A stretch of 64,000 nt of DNA from Lingula anatina (GCA_051362555.1 CM120646.1:1736001-1800000); one strand, 5' to 3'; numbered from the stretch's first letter, positions 39,191 through 64,000 are shown. Program-made: numbers and translations. The notes: a model not told the origin generated them from the sequence alone.

Positions 39191-39573
39191 CAAATGCATC
39201 CGATTTCTCCATACAACCACCGCGACGCAAAACTGGACGACGACGCAAACGGGTTCCCGACCACAGAGATGGCTAAATCACTAATCGTAAGTGACATCAC
39301 AAACACGTTGATAGGCGTCTGCAGCTCTTTCGTCTTGGCAAAAATATAGAGAATAAAACTGTTTCCAGTGAACGCCAGAACGCCAATCAGGCCAAGAAAA
39401 ACTCCAAGACAGTAGAAATTCTCAACGGGCCAAATTTCTGAGCCGGTACCATTGGTGTGGTTTTGTTGGTCGAGGACCCCTGGTTTATCACCCGGTTGAT
39501 AGGCCAAACTGTTAGCTGACAAGTTCTGAGCAGCAAACAAACTGAGACTTTGGTTTTGTGTTGACAATAGCAT
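39191..39573 (-). CDS. Opsin alternative first coding exon A, distal
   Basis: ATG at 39573; 383 nt; no stops or indels; donor TG|gtaagt; many synonymous differences from exons B and C. Confidence 0.88.
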
Positions 39574-39645
39574 TGTCCTTTCGGTAGATCGATGACTAGT
39601 ATGCTTTCTTCTCTGAAAATTTATAGTTTATCTGTTTAAGACGAG

Positions 39646-39653
39646 TGACGTCA
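39646..39653. promoter_or_regulatory. Palindromic CRE-like site (TGACGTCA) ~73 nt upstream of the opsin exon A ATG
   Basis: Exact motif match only; function untested. Confidence 0.35.
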
Positions 39654-41889
39654 CCCGCCTTGGCATTGTCATTTGATTATTGCCATGAACGATCAATCGA
39701 ATTCGGTTTATTTGAGCGTTCACGCATTCCCTGCCTCACGCTACGGCGAACGCCGTTTTGGCCATTCAGTTTTCTGCGTTTTCGAGACTCACCTTTGCTG
39801 ATGTAACACAGCGTGCATGCCGTTTGTGCAGGACTGATGCGAGGCCTGCTGGTGACCCCTCTTAACATAAAACTCTCTCAGTACAGGAGCAAGCTTATCC
39901 ACTTTTTCGTCCCATCGTTACGATGCAACATCAGTATTAGCGGATGTTTTTATTTGATAAAACATGGGAGGCTACTTTTTTGTAGGATGTAGACAATATT
40001 TAAAATTTAAAAAAAATTACTGTTTTCTTTTGTTCGTTTATTTAACCCTTCTTCATTTTACTTCATTCAATTGGTAGTGATGTGATAAAAGGATGATTTT
40101 ATAGATTAATTGATTAAATCATTGATCTTTACCTTGAAATGATTTAATTTTTTCCTTACAAGTACCTACATGTGGTCATAAATCTTTTTCCACATAGATA
40201 TTAAATTTGATTTGTTTTGTTTTTATGATATGTGAAAATAAACACTTTGAAAATCCTGGGTAGTGAGATTTGTGTCTCGACACTGGAAGTGTGACAAAGA
40301 GGTAAGTAGACAGCAATATCAACGTTCGTTTTCACAAAAGTGGACCTTTTTACCCTCTTAGTTGACCCAACTTGAAACTTGACTGGATACAAAGATGTTT
40401 AGGCTACTCATAATTAATAATAACATAAGCATCCACCCAATCCATCAAGCAGTTTATTTTATTTTTAGGGAAAACGACAAACTGATAAAAAACCAGAGGA
40501 TTATGACGGACGTGCCAATGGCAACCTTTGTGTTGATATTATCTGTTTTCTTCGAACAAGTAAAGTATCTTTTCATCAATCTTCAATTCCCTTTCTTCAG
40601 AAGATCATGTTTGTTCGTTAAGTTGTCGAACAAAAGGTTTTTGACGTATTTCATTAATGAACTGCTATCAAGATATGAGATATTGATTAATAATGTGGGT
40701 CTTGTAGGTGACTCGAGATTCTCGTTATAATATGTGACAACTGATATTTAACCGTTTATTGCTCGGACAAGGACCTATAGATAAAACACCTTTAGAGGGG
40801 TTGGGTCTTCACTAGCTATATAAAGAACTGGTGAGCTGATCCACGTGTCTTGTTTCCGCCCTTTTGGTTTAGCTATGACATAAATTTTTTGCTTGAAGAA
40901 GGAGCTTTTATTCATATACTGTATGTTTTATTTATAAGCAATTTCCATAGATACCACGCGAGTCGAGGGATTTTACTTTATTGGACAGTAACCCCCCTTT
41001 GTGGGCCTTTTGCACCTGCTACAGCTGTCAATTGAAATTCTATCATCGTTATTTAATATAAAGACTGCGACCATCGAAGCAATCACCAATAATAAGACCT
41101 AACAGCTTTTGGAAATGGTAGACATTTTTATCTCGCGCCTCTCATATTTCTCCGTGCACTAAATTTATCTTTCAAAGGTGGCAACGCCCACAACGTGGAG
41201 GTATCACACTGTTGCACAATACACCGCAATTTGACAGAAATTTTAAGAAAAAAACCAGAAAAAAAATGTCCTTGATTAAATTCAATCAGTATTTATTCGT
41301 TGTCGTGCCGCACAATGTATCCCAACCCACTCTCTTCCAGATCGCGTGAAATGTTGATTAAATGCACTAATTCCAGTTGCTTATGGCTCCATTACGGTAT
41401 ATTGAACCTTGGTTTGCTTAATGGTGCTAACTTCCCCGTGTTGTACAAGGAATCGCAGGCAAATGTGCATGTTAATTGTCACTTAGTTTATGTTCCATAT
41501 GTAGGAATGATACTTTTACACAATCCAACGAAATCAATCCTCGTGGTCACATCTTATGAAAAGCAAACGGATTTTCTAATATTCAGGGAGTCTAGGATGT
41601 TTACATGTTCAATTTAAACTTGTAAAAATGTTTGCTCGTGAATTTTTTGATGAAACAGAATGAGAGGGAGGGAGAGAGAGGGGACTAATCCATTAGACTT
41701 AATTAATTTTCTTTCATTGTATTTTTCGATTCCCGAAAATGTACCTTATTTGGTCTTTCTTCGTGTAAACATCTCCTACAGTGAAAGCGATACCTATTAG
41801 CAGCTTTGGATTGCATGACGTCCTTGAAAAACGTAGACGGACAACAATATATGGGACTTAATGGTACATTACGGGTTTATTATCGCCAA

Positions 41890-42056
41890 CAGGGGCGGGG
41901 GGAGGCCGTCTTCTGGATTTTCCGGAAGACGGTCCGAATTTTTCAAGTTACACTGACAGGCATGTAATTTTTCTGTTTGATGACGGTCAAAATAGAGGCT
42001 TAATCAACAAAGACAATTTGGAAGACTGTCGGAAAATATCTCTAGATCCGCCCCTG
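41890..42056. mobile_element. Short hAT-like MITE
   Basis: Ends CAGGGGCGG / CCGCCCCTG; no clear TSD. Confidence 0.45.
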
Positions 42057-42897
42057 CCTGGATTCCAAATGACGAAAATGAGTTTTTCCTGCACCTAATT
42101 ACCCACTAATGCATGTAACTTTGTCCTGATTTTAAACAATAAAAATCCCCTTGAAACATATAAAATATCGTTGTTGATATTAGCAACCTACTAGTTGCCA
42201 TGCATTTATGCATAGGGCACTCAGGGCAATTATAGTCAATTTAACAGATTGCTGTTTGAACGAGCAATTGATATGGGACGTAACCTCATCCCTGAACAAG
42301 ATTTTATCACGAAAATTAGCACAGTCTATTGTTAACTTATGGAGCGATAAGCCCCCAATTACGGATTTTCATTAAACAAAGGTGTTATTTTGTACTGTCA
42401 ACGATGAAATCTGAACTAAGGCTAGCTTAAAAAAAAAAAAAAAAAAAAAAACGCTGACAGGATTTTAGAGCACTTAATGGTTGCAATAATGAAGTCGGCG
42501 TTGCAACGGCGATCGTGGCTACTCAGGTACTGGTAGGCCTACTAAAGGAGAAATCTCAAAAACCGGTTATCCATTTTAACCCCAAAATCGCAATTATGGC
42601 GTCACCTGTAAGATGACACGTGTGTAAATGTTAAATAATTAAGTCACTGAATAGTAACTGTTATCCATAAGAATGTAAGCTACATGTATGTAGAGGGGGG
42701 ACCTGGGTTTTCAGTGGAAACCAGGTTTTTCGTGGCGCATTTGCACCCCCCCCCCCTTAGGCCTACATCTTTCTTTTCAGTTAATTTTCATTGTGTTATT
42801 ATAATTTATTAGCCTTATTGCATAATTATTTTTACTTTCCCAGGACAAATATCCCGCTGACTCCCTTCGCCACAAACAGTTTTCGTGTAATTATTAA

Positions 42898-43091
42898 AGG
42901 GATAATAACTCTTTGTATTAGATCTATATTTCACAATAAAAACATTGTGAACAACTCATAGAAATATTATATATTCTGTTTTACCACAAAAACGGCAGTT
43001 ATAGCTATTATTCTGATATCTGAGCTTGTCTTCAGACCACGTGACCTCCATTGATGGCTATACTCTGCTATAATCTCTTAAGAGATTTTAA

Positions 43092-43134
<43 letters not shown>

Positions 43135-43249
43135 AGGGACTAACTTTGAATGTAAAAATGGATTCATTAACCATTGGTAAGTATGGGGAAAATGTTGTTT
43201 ACTCCAGGAAAATTCATTTTTTTGGCCAAAACGAAGAGTTATTATCTCT
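42898..43249. mobile_element. TTAA-targeting (Kolobok-like) MITE, complete copy
   Basis: TTAA|AGGGATAATAACTCTT ... AAGAGTTATTATCTCT|TTAA, with an internal poly(A) at 43093-43133. Confidence 0.75.
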
Positions 43250-43834
43250 TTAAACAGAGCAAAAAATGTCTCTTTTTCTGTACAATTATAAATAGGGAGT
43301 TTTTGGCAAATGCTTACAGTATTATTTGTTTGGTATAGAGAATAGATTGCTGGTGCTGAATTGTTAATACACCGGGATTAGAACAATGCTATATTATATA
43401 TTTTCTACCATCTATGATTTTATTTTCATATATTTAAGCGCACGACGCTTTGTAGGCTTATACATTGTTCCCAGCTTGATTTTGTTCAAGTTGTTTGCTT
43501 CTAACCAGTCTCAACACCAGTATGTGTATGTAGGCCTACATGTAGCTACTATTCGCCGATTTCTAGTGCTAAATAAACATTACACTCGTTTAATTTGACA
43601 CAGATAGGCTCTTAAATCAACATTTATTCGGGTGAGTGAAAATGCTAAGGTTATTTAATTCAATGTTTAATTAAATTCACCATAGATAACATTTGGCTAA
43701 TTTACTTTGAAATATAAACTAGAGTCCACCTTCCTCCAGGTTGCCTCACTTCGAAATAATGGGATTTAACTTTAGACCAGGATAAAAATGAAGTGACTAC
43801 CCCAGAGCGCGGTTTTAATGCGGAGAGCTCTTCC

Positions 43835-43905
43835 TCCCGCGAACCCGAAACTTTCAGCCAATGACCGCGCTTTGTTTACGTCACGTGACCTTTGATCGCG
43901 GGAAA
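43835..43905 (+). promoter_or_regulatory. CDK2 core promoter motif cluster
   Basis: CCAAT at 43858-43862, GTCACGTGAC E-box at 43880-43889, E2F-like CGCGGGAAA at 43897-43905 and CTCCCGCGAA at ~43834. All lie ~125-195 nt upstream of the ATG of a cell-cycle gene. Confidence 0.6.
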
Positions 43906-44004
43906 ATCCACATTGCTTTGTTTACAGGTTCGAGTGAAGAAATTTACTACTGGACATATTTAGTATGAATACGACTTCGGTTTCCTTTTTCGTGATATGT
44001 TTAG

Positions 44005-50546
<6,542 letters not shown>

Positions 50547-51733
50547 CAGCCAGGTACTTTCCTGACTTGTCTCCAGTTACTTGAGGGGTAAAAAAATACT
50601 TCTAAAAACTGTTTGTCACTTTCAACTTCCACCAAGCCATATAGAAAATCACATATGCCATTATCCATAATACTAGAATCAGATCTTATCATGTGACAGA
50701 CAGGAGTTAGTTTTTCAAAAGAATTTGCCCAAAAAGTGATCTAAACTCTTATGCAAATAATTTAGTGTCCTTTGAATCCAAGAACAATCGAGTCGTACCT
50801 TACAATTCTGACTGACACTAGTATCATCCGTGAACTTCTACGGATTGATCATTAACTGAAGTAGACCAATTATTTGGTTTAAAATTAAAGACCATTTTTA
50901 CGGCTTAGTTTTTTTATTTTTGTGAAATGGTAACCCTGCCCAGTATGTTTAAGTGCAAGTTCTCCTTTTTCTTTCACCTCAGAACAATACATTGTAAACT
51001 TAAAGCAGTAAAAGCCTAACATATGTGGATGTAAATTTTTAGCTTAAATTTTTAAAGGGAACAAAAGAACATTCAAAACTATCCCCAAAGATTGATTTCA
51101 AAGCAAATTATGACTTTTTCTCATCAAGGCCAAGTTGCACCTACCAATGATTGGATCTATTAAGAAAAGCAAACTGAAAAGTGCAGTGTCACCTATCATG
51201 TTTATCCGATATTCAACATTTTTTTCTTTTGCCTCTTTGTATAAATGATAAAATATTTTTGTGACTAGATATTTGGTTAGAAATTTATTTATAAGTTACT
51301 GTGTGACCAGTTTAGTGAATGATTCAGGATTAGGACGTGAAATTAGCTTTACTTTTGGTGTCATTTTTTAAATATGAACATTTTCGATAATTTCTTGCTC
51401 TCTTGTACAAATTGAAACATAAGATTTAGTTTAATTTATTGACTAGCTGTCCAAGATATGAAGTTGAATACCACTGACATTTGGTCAAGACTGAAACTTT
51501 AAGTTATAAGTGATTTATGAAAGGTTTTTGAAAGGGTGTGAATATTTTTAAAGAAGTATTTTTGTCCTTCGTAAAATAATGCCAGAGTTGCAAAACCTTC
51601 GGTTTTAAAAACAAATGCAACATGGGTTGTATACTAGTTTTACTTTTGAAGGTTTTAAATGCATGTATGTTTTGTTCTCTTTATTGAATAGAAGTCTAAA
51701 TAATTTTGTATATATTTGTACAGATAATTTGTC

Positions 51734-51739
51734 AATAAA
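51734..51739 (+). terminator. Candidate CDK2 polyadenylation signal
   Basis: AATAAA preceded by TGTA elements and followed by a GT/T-rich stretch. Confidence 0.45.
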
Positions 51740-52765
51740 AGATAAAACTGAATCTTGGGTTGTGCATTTTTAAAACATTAAATGCATTGATGAATCCTTT
51801 AAGCAATTCTGTCAATTTATTTTAAAAGCAAAATTTCACTTTTTAATTAATTTAATGCATACAAAATAAGAAAAATTAATTCTTTCTCAAAACATTTGTG
51901 CACCTCTGAAGCAAATATGGACATTACAGTCACAAATACGGTGCTGGCAAGCCTTTAAGTTCTATGGAAGCACTGTAGAACTGGCAATAATTATAATTCA
52001 AGGGTCACCACCAAATTCTTATCAATTCTGAGCCTGTTTCAGTCCTATTTTGAAAATCCTATCAAAATCTGTCCTTTACTTTTTGAGTTAGACTGTTTAA
52101 GGAGTAATAAACTAACAAAGGCCAAAACAACTGTCATAGCAAGGGGACTCCTGAATTCATAATCCATTATCTTTGGATCACCCTGAACTTGACACGATGA
52201 AGATAGGCTATAGTGAAGAGGTTAGTGTCAAGTTAGCTCTGAAGCTCAGGGTGCTTTGGATGGACCACTCGAGGTCCGAAATGTGGTTATTAAAGTAAGA
52301 AAGAAAACAAGTATAAATGTTTTCATACATTTTACTTAATACAAAGTAACAAACAAAACATGAAAGCCAGTGTTCACATTATTGCATAAGAGACATGCTC
52401 ACGGCACAGTAATATTAGAATACAGACAATTGTGAAGGGGGGGGGGGGGGGGGGGGGGGCACTTGCCCACACCTGAAAATTACCCCCAAATCACTGGAAA
52501 ATCACTGTAAAAAATCTTTACATCACCAAATGTTTTCACTACTTCTGTATGGAGCACTTTACCACAATGACTGCAGTACAAACTTAATTAAATATTCAAT
52601 TGCCCTCAAATTCTACAGAAACTAATAAGGAATACGCAATAACTCATGCACAAAAACCTACAAGGTGAATTCTGGGGAACATTGCATCTTTGGAATGAAG
52701 GGTTAAAATATCTGTGTATTTACATTCTGTGCGCTTACACTATCAAATAACACTGATTTAATTAA

Positions 52766-53018
52766 GACTCAATTCCTCTAGACACCTCTGGTCTACATAG
52801 GTTGATCCCAACTCTTTGGGGACTCTTGCTGAGTGCAATCAGTTCAACTGAATGACACACACCCTTTTGATTCCAATGTACTGGCATAATCACCAGCTTT
52901 TCTGCATTCCATTTAACGCCAGGAGGTGTGTCAATCTGTTAATTGATTGCACTCAGCACGAGTCCCCTGGGAGTTGGAAGTATCTATGTAGACCAATGGT
53001 ATCTATGGGAATGGGGCC
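52766..53018. mobile_element. PIF/Harbinger-like MITE (family A related)
   Basis: GACTCAATTCCTCTAGA / TCTATGGGAATGGGGCC with TAA/TTA flanks. Internal inverted arms ggggactcttgctgagtgcaatca / tgattgcactcagcacgagtcccc. Confidence 0.65.
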
Positions 53019-54224
53019 TTAGATTGGGGTGTAAGGCTCTCAAGTGAGGAAATATCAATTAAACACTAGCCCTTGCTGCTATGAAATTTTAATTCCATCT
53101 GAAAAATTCTGAGTCATTCAATAGAAAATTTCTTTCATTCCATACTTACATCCAGTTCATTTTTTATATTTTCTACTTTAATTTTATCATTTATCTGATA
53201 AACACTTCATTACATGTCAAAATAAAATGAGTGTAACCTAAAAAGATATGAACAAAAACCACAGCAATTACTCCACTAATAATTTGGGCAAATTTGGTAA
53301 ATTGCAAACTTCATCTGGTAAAAAAAAAATGCAGAAAATGATATGACATCCAGAAATTTCATGTACATACTATCTACATGAATCATAAGGAAAAAAATCT
53401 TGAAACTGCAAACAGCACTGCTGTTAATTTGTACCTCCTTTAATTGAAGAGTTTGCTACATTTTTATAACCACAAGCCCACATTTGAGGCTTGGCTCTCC
53501 TCTCCTCGATATTTCTCTTCCTTTGCATTGCAAATGTCCAACAATTGTTCCATGGGCAGAACAATTTCAGATACAATAATTATGTACATCAAATAAAACA
53601 AAAGTGATTTACATGGCAATTTTATAATTCTACACATTAGTATATGACCTATTTGTGCATAAATAAATAAAACTGAGGCAATCATCTCACAGTGGTGATA
53701 AACTGAAAGCCAAATGGAGATTCTAAGCACAAAAACCTCAAGCTACACATCATTCTGATAATGATGAGTTTTTTTAAACCTTCTGCTTCACTTTTTTACT
53801 GGGTGCACGTAGTTAGTGAGTCTGCAAAGCACCCATCAAAAAATAAAGAAAGAAATAAATAAAACGAATTAATAAAATAAATAAAAGGAGCTATGAAACC
53901 TTTAAGAAATGTGGAATTCTTTATCTAAGGATGTTTTTTAAAAACATGTATGCTTTTAATTTAACCATCAGTTTTCCCTTTTTTTATATACAGACTGGCT
54001 CTACTGTTTTATCCAAGAAATCAAAGCACAGGGCAACCATAGTATACAACATTTAAGCCAGTTTAAATTTTGGTCTCCAAAACCATCATCAGACAACTTG
54101 CACCGTGGCCTCGTGGTCTTTTTAGTTATCTATGTTTTGGCTTGTTGGCATTTTCAATCATTGATTTGACTAGATACAACAAACAAGTATTCCACATTAA
54201 TGCATAATGCTTCAAGATCTGATG

Positions 54225-54298
54225 ATATGGCCTTGACCTTAGGTCACTGGTTATATGGCCTTGACCTAAGGTCACTGGTTATATGACCTTGACTTAAG
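54225..54298. repeat. 28-bp tandem repeat (TTGACCT-containing), ~2.5 copies
   Basis: atatggccttgacct.aggtcactggtt repeated. Similar TGACCT-rich patches at 48530-48625 and 55885-55970. Confidence 0.8.
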
Positions 54299-56486
54299 TT
54301 TTCAGCAGGGATATTTTTTTACCCAAAAGGCCATCCAGACTTGTGTAATGAATGAACATCAATACAAATAGAGCTCTTTGTAGCAAGGCTGCAAGATAAA
54401 TTACAAGGCCAATTCTGTTATAAAGAAAGATTTTAAAATGTGAACAGGCCTTATGTGCTGTCCTACATTGAAGTTTGTGACAGAGGCAATATCTAGAAGA
54501 AATAATAACTTGTCTTGCTGTAGTATCTATTCAGATGTGCTGTAGATATGATCTATATTAAGTGCGATAAAACATCCAGCTAATGTGCACATATGTTCCA
54601 ACAAGAAAAAAAAAAAAAAAAAAAAACTCACAAAGATGTGCAGTACAGACCTTCACAGTGCAACTTTCACAAACCCTTCACTCAGTCAAATGAAAACTTT
54701 TGGTCCGATCACATATGACCCTTCCTTCCTCGTCACCAGTCTGCCTGGATTCTTGTAATCTCGATCACGTTCAACTCGTCCAGCAAGTTAGTTACATGAA
54801 GGCAATAATGTAGACTAGATATGTTTGTTGGCCGCAGCCAAACATTTTGAGAAACATAGCTACACTTAACATATTCATTACATTAAGTATGATACAGCAG
54901 TTTTGAATATTTATGCACACCTACTGCCAAGAATATGTAATATATTAATTGATTTGACAATAGTGCTGGTTTTGAAGCTTGGATCGTAGAAGAGGGGGGT
55001 AAGGAAATGTGAATTGACACATAAAAGGGGAGCAGCATAATTTGTTCCACTCGAAGGAAGAATTATAAGTATTAATTATAAGTATTTATGGCTAATATTT
55101 TCTTGGTTTAAATCTTTTGATTTCACATACTTTGACTTAACTCAAAGGAAACATTCACTTTTTTCAATGACCAAATAAGCATTACCTACCATTAACTGAA
55201 TATTGCCTTCTACTGAAAACTGATGCTATGAAAATTGATCAAATTTCATAATTTGCACAAAATATTTTCTATAATAAATAAATACATTAAGAAGAGGTGC
55301 AAATATTCATGAATCCACATCATCTTCATTTAAATATTTTCCATAAATTTTGCACCTTTATATTGGTCGGTTGTGTATGTGTTTTGGCGTCTGCAAGTGC
55401 AGTCAAGGGCTTATTTAAGAAAGCATTTTCCATCTTTCATCATTCTTTTCGGACCAAAACCTTCTGATCTTGAAGATGGTCTTTTTTGAGAAAAGTAGCA
55501 CGAATAGTGCTGTCTTTCACCAAAGCCACTTCTCCATCAGAACACCCTCTTGTCCATTCAAATACTTTCTTATCTAATAGAAATAATGCATTCTGGTTTT
55601 TAGCAAATGAAGGATTTTAAAAAATAAATAACTTAAAAATTGGCTGTTCAGATGCCCATCTCTGATTACAATTTCTCAATCATATTTCTTATAGTTCCTC
55701 ACTGAAATTTTGACCAAAGTGCAGCTACAGATGCACACAAATAAGCAATCTAAATACTGATGAATGAAACAGATACTGACTACACAGATTCTGCAATATA
55801 TAAATGAAAGAGCTTAATACACCGACTTCTGAAGTCGGGCCATAAAATAACCTATGACCTGCATTTTGGCATTGTTCTTAGAGGTCCTGATCATCAATTA
55901 CCTTGACCAGTGGCCTTGACCTGATCATCAATGACCGTGCTCAGTGGCCTTGACCTTGACCTCAATAACCTTAAATCCACCTCTTCCCTATGACCTACCA
56001 CTTTGTTTGTCCTAGTTTTACAAATGCAAATACCACAGAAAGTGCTACTGCTTCATAAAAAAAAAAAAAAAAAAAAAAAAACTTCATATCCAAAGCAATA
56101 ACTCCAGTTGGCCAGAATGAGACTTTGATCGTGCATCATGACACAGGGAAAGTGCCTGTAATCCCAGACGCCTGCCACGTCACTCTGGACCCTAACCACT
56201 TCTCTTCACAACTTGCCTCTCACAAAAAACCAATGAAAGATTGCAAGTGACTGAAAATTGCAAATGAAGATCAATCTTTCCCAAACCATGATGGATATGA
56301 CTGAAAAATCAAAGCATGAGGGGTATGATACCATCATTCAAAAACATCACATAGTTCTCCTTTTCGCAACCATTTCTGACTGCATCATTGATGAAAGATT
56401 TTTGGTACATGGAAACCAAGAATGCCTTCTGGATGACTGCAACAATGACAAGATTGATAATGTTCACAGAAAGGCCCGGGCACACA

Positions 56487-62360
<5,874 letters not shown>

Positions 62361-63009
62361 GTTGTGGTGCTGCGCCTCCCCGGAGTGGCCGCTCGGCTGC
62401 GAGGATGGTTGCGGCTGCTCCGTGGTGGACGCCAACGTTACTGCCTCACCAACTAAACACTAAACACACTCCTGCTCTTTGCCTCGCCTTGGTAGCTTTC
62501 TGCAAGTAGAGAAATGCCAAGAGATTACAATGAGACTAGGCTAGGACATAAATATTCATTTCTTCTGAAATACCATTACAACTATACTGTATAACTAACA
62601 AGCCTAATTTATCCAAAAATCACTAAAACATTGGTCCAGTCTGAAAGCTTAACATCCATAATTAACATACCTAAAAAGCTCTACACCAAATATCCAATGT
62701 TTAATAAGTTTAATTTTAGATGTGGGCATGTCATTATCTGTATTACTGAGCCATGAAAGTTTTCTGAGAATAATTCATTTCCAACAACATCTGGTTTTTC
62801 ATTGCAAGCTGTCGCCCTGGAAAATTACACTTATCATTGACTAAAGCAGATATACATAGAAAAGGGCACAGAGACAGACAGACAGACAGACAGACAGAGA
62901 GAGATATTTTACCTATCATATTATTACTATCATTGTTGTTGATCAGATAACAACAAAGCCCAGAGTCTTTGGGTATTCAGACATGTCAAATGTTGAAATC
63001 AGCATGATC

Positions 63010-63330
63010 TCAGACATAAACTAATCTTGGTCTGAACACAGCTGAAGGTCAACATTTCGGACAAACTTTTTCCTGGTCTGAACACAGCTGAGGGTCAACA
63101 TTTCAGCCATAAGGTAATCCTGGTCTGAACACAGCTGAAGGTCAACATTTTAGCTATAACCTAATCCTGGTCTGAGCACAGCTGAAGGCATACCAGTAAG
63201 GTAATTCTGGTTTGAACACGTCTACAAGTCACTACTTCTGATAAACTAATTATTGACTGGGCAAAGCTAAAAGCAACCATCCCAAACATAAATTACTCCT
63301 TGTGTGAACAGGGATGAAGGCCAATAACTC
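63010..63330. repeat. ~47-bp minisatellite (5+ copies, decaying)
   Basis: tggtctgaacacagctgaaggtcaacattt recurs at ~63028, 63074, 63121 and 63168, with degenerate copies after. Confidence 0.85.
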
Positions 63331-64000
63331 AAAACAATGCATGCTCAATTACTACGAATGGGCAGAATACTATACAATCAGTGGTTGGCCAGATGATGTA
63401 CACACCCAGTCCTGAGCAGCAAGAGTGCACCTGTACCAAGTTGGGGGACAGTCACCTATTTGTACTGAAATCAAAATACTTTTAGCTTCAGGCCAACAAT
63501 TTAGCTCTACCTAAACCCAGATGAATAAGAAGTTTTCCACTGAAATTAGGACCTTTGTATACAGAAATGATAAATGGCTCGGGCTGTAGATCGATATTTA
63601 CTAGTACTTTATCCAAGTTGTGTAATACAGATTTACTCTGGATTACACAGAGCACTTCTACATCGATGTCATGTCTCACAATATTAATGTTTAAAAAAAT
63701 GTCACATCTCACAGCACAATCCACTGTTAAAACTAGCTCTTCTAGTGAAGGTGACACCTATATTGACAGTCAGTTTCACTATACATACAGTATACAAATA
63801 ATTGATACAGATCTACACTATCCGCGGCACGCACAGCACTCTGAAGATCAAACAGAGGTCACTAAGTACATGTATACTACCTGGACTAGTTATGCTAAAA
63901 GCAGTGCTATTGTTTAACATACGGAATGGACTTAATTACCTGGACTAGTTAGACTAAAAGCAGTGCTAATTGGTAAATATGAGATCAGGAATGAAGTTGT

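Larger units (their letters stand above)
17282..39573 (-). other. Group-4 (tetraopsin; Go-opsin/peropsin-like) opsin locus with 3 variable first exons and 4 shared exons
   Basis: 7TM protein with K296, Y113, E181, DRY and NPxxY. Introns after W112 (phase 2) and just after TM3 (phase 1) match the peropsin/RGR/Opn5/Go group pattern as I recall it. The subfamily needs a phylogeny. Confidence 0.85.

Noticed and set aside
34381-39573. Three separate complete opsin genes
   Set aside because: No TM3-TM7 exons were found between the first exons (spacers of ~2.2 and ~1.9 kb); only one downstream exon set exists in the window.

Overview
AT-rich, intron-rich animal genomic DNA. A marine invertebrate (lophotrochozoan/mollusc-like) source is inferred; the species cannot be identified from the sequence. 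Exons were assembled by hand from GT/AG sites and reading-frame phase. Left to right: (1) a secreted two-cadherin-repeat plus fibrinogen-related-domain (FReD) gene (1434-6460, +) and a tandem, internally deleted second copy (7399-9546); (2) a degenerate Tc1 DD34E transposon (14432-16092); (3) a group-4 (tetraopsin, probably Go-type) opsin on the minus strand, with ONE set of downstream exons (TM3 to C-terminus, 22398-17282) but THREE intact tandem 383-nt first coding exons (39573-39191, 37311-36929, 34763-34381), each ending in the same phase-2 donor; (4) a decayed ISL2EU-like transposon in the long opsin intron; (5) an intact 8-exon CDK2 (44029-50546, +, 298 aa); (6) an intact SPOP (62360-56487, -, 375 aa) convergent with CDK2. 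LTR, piggyBac-like, Kolobok-like and Harbinger-like MITE remnants and microsatellites fill the rest. The main candidate novel system is the variable-first-exon/constant-exon opsin, an architecture like that of clustered protocadherins or UGT1. It could yield three photopigments differing in N-terminus, TM1, TM2 and EL1, including site 94. No expression data are available, so the splicing model is inferred.
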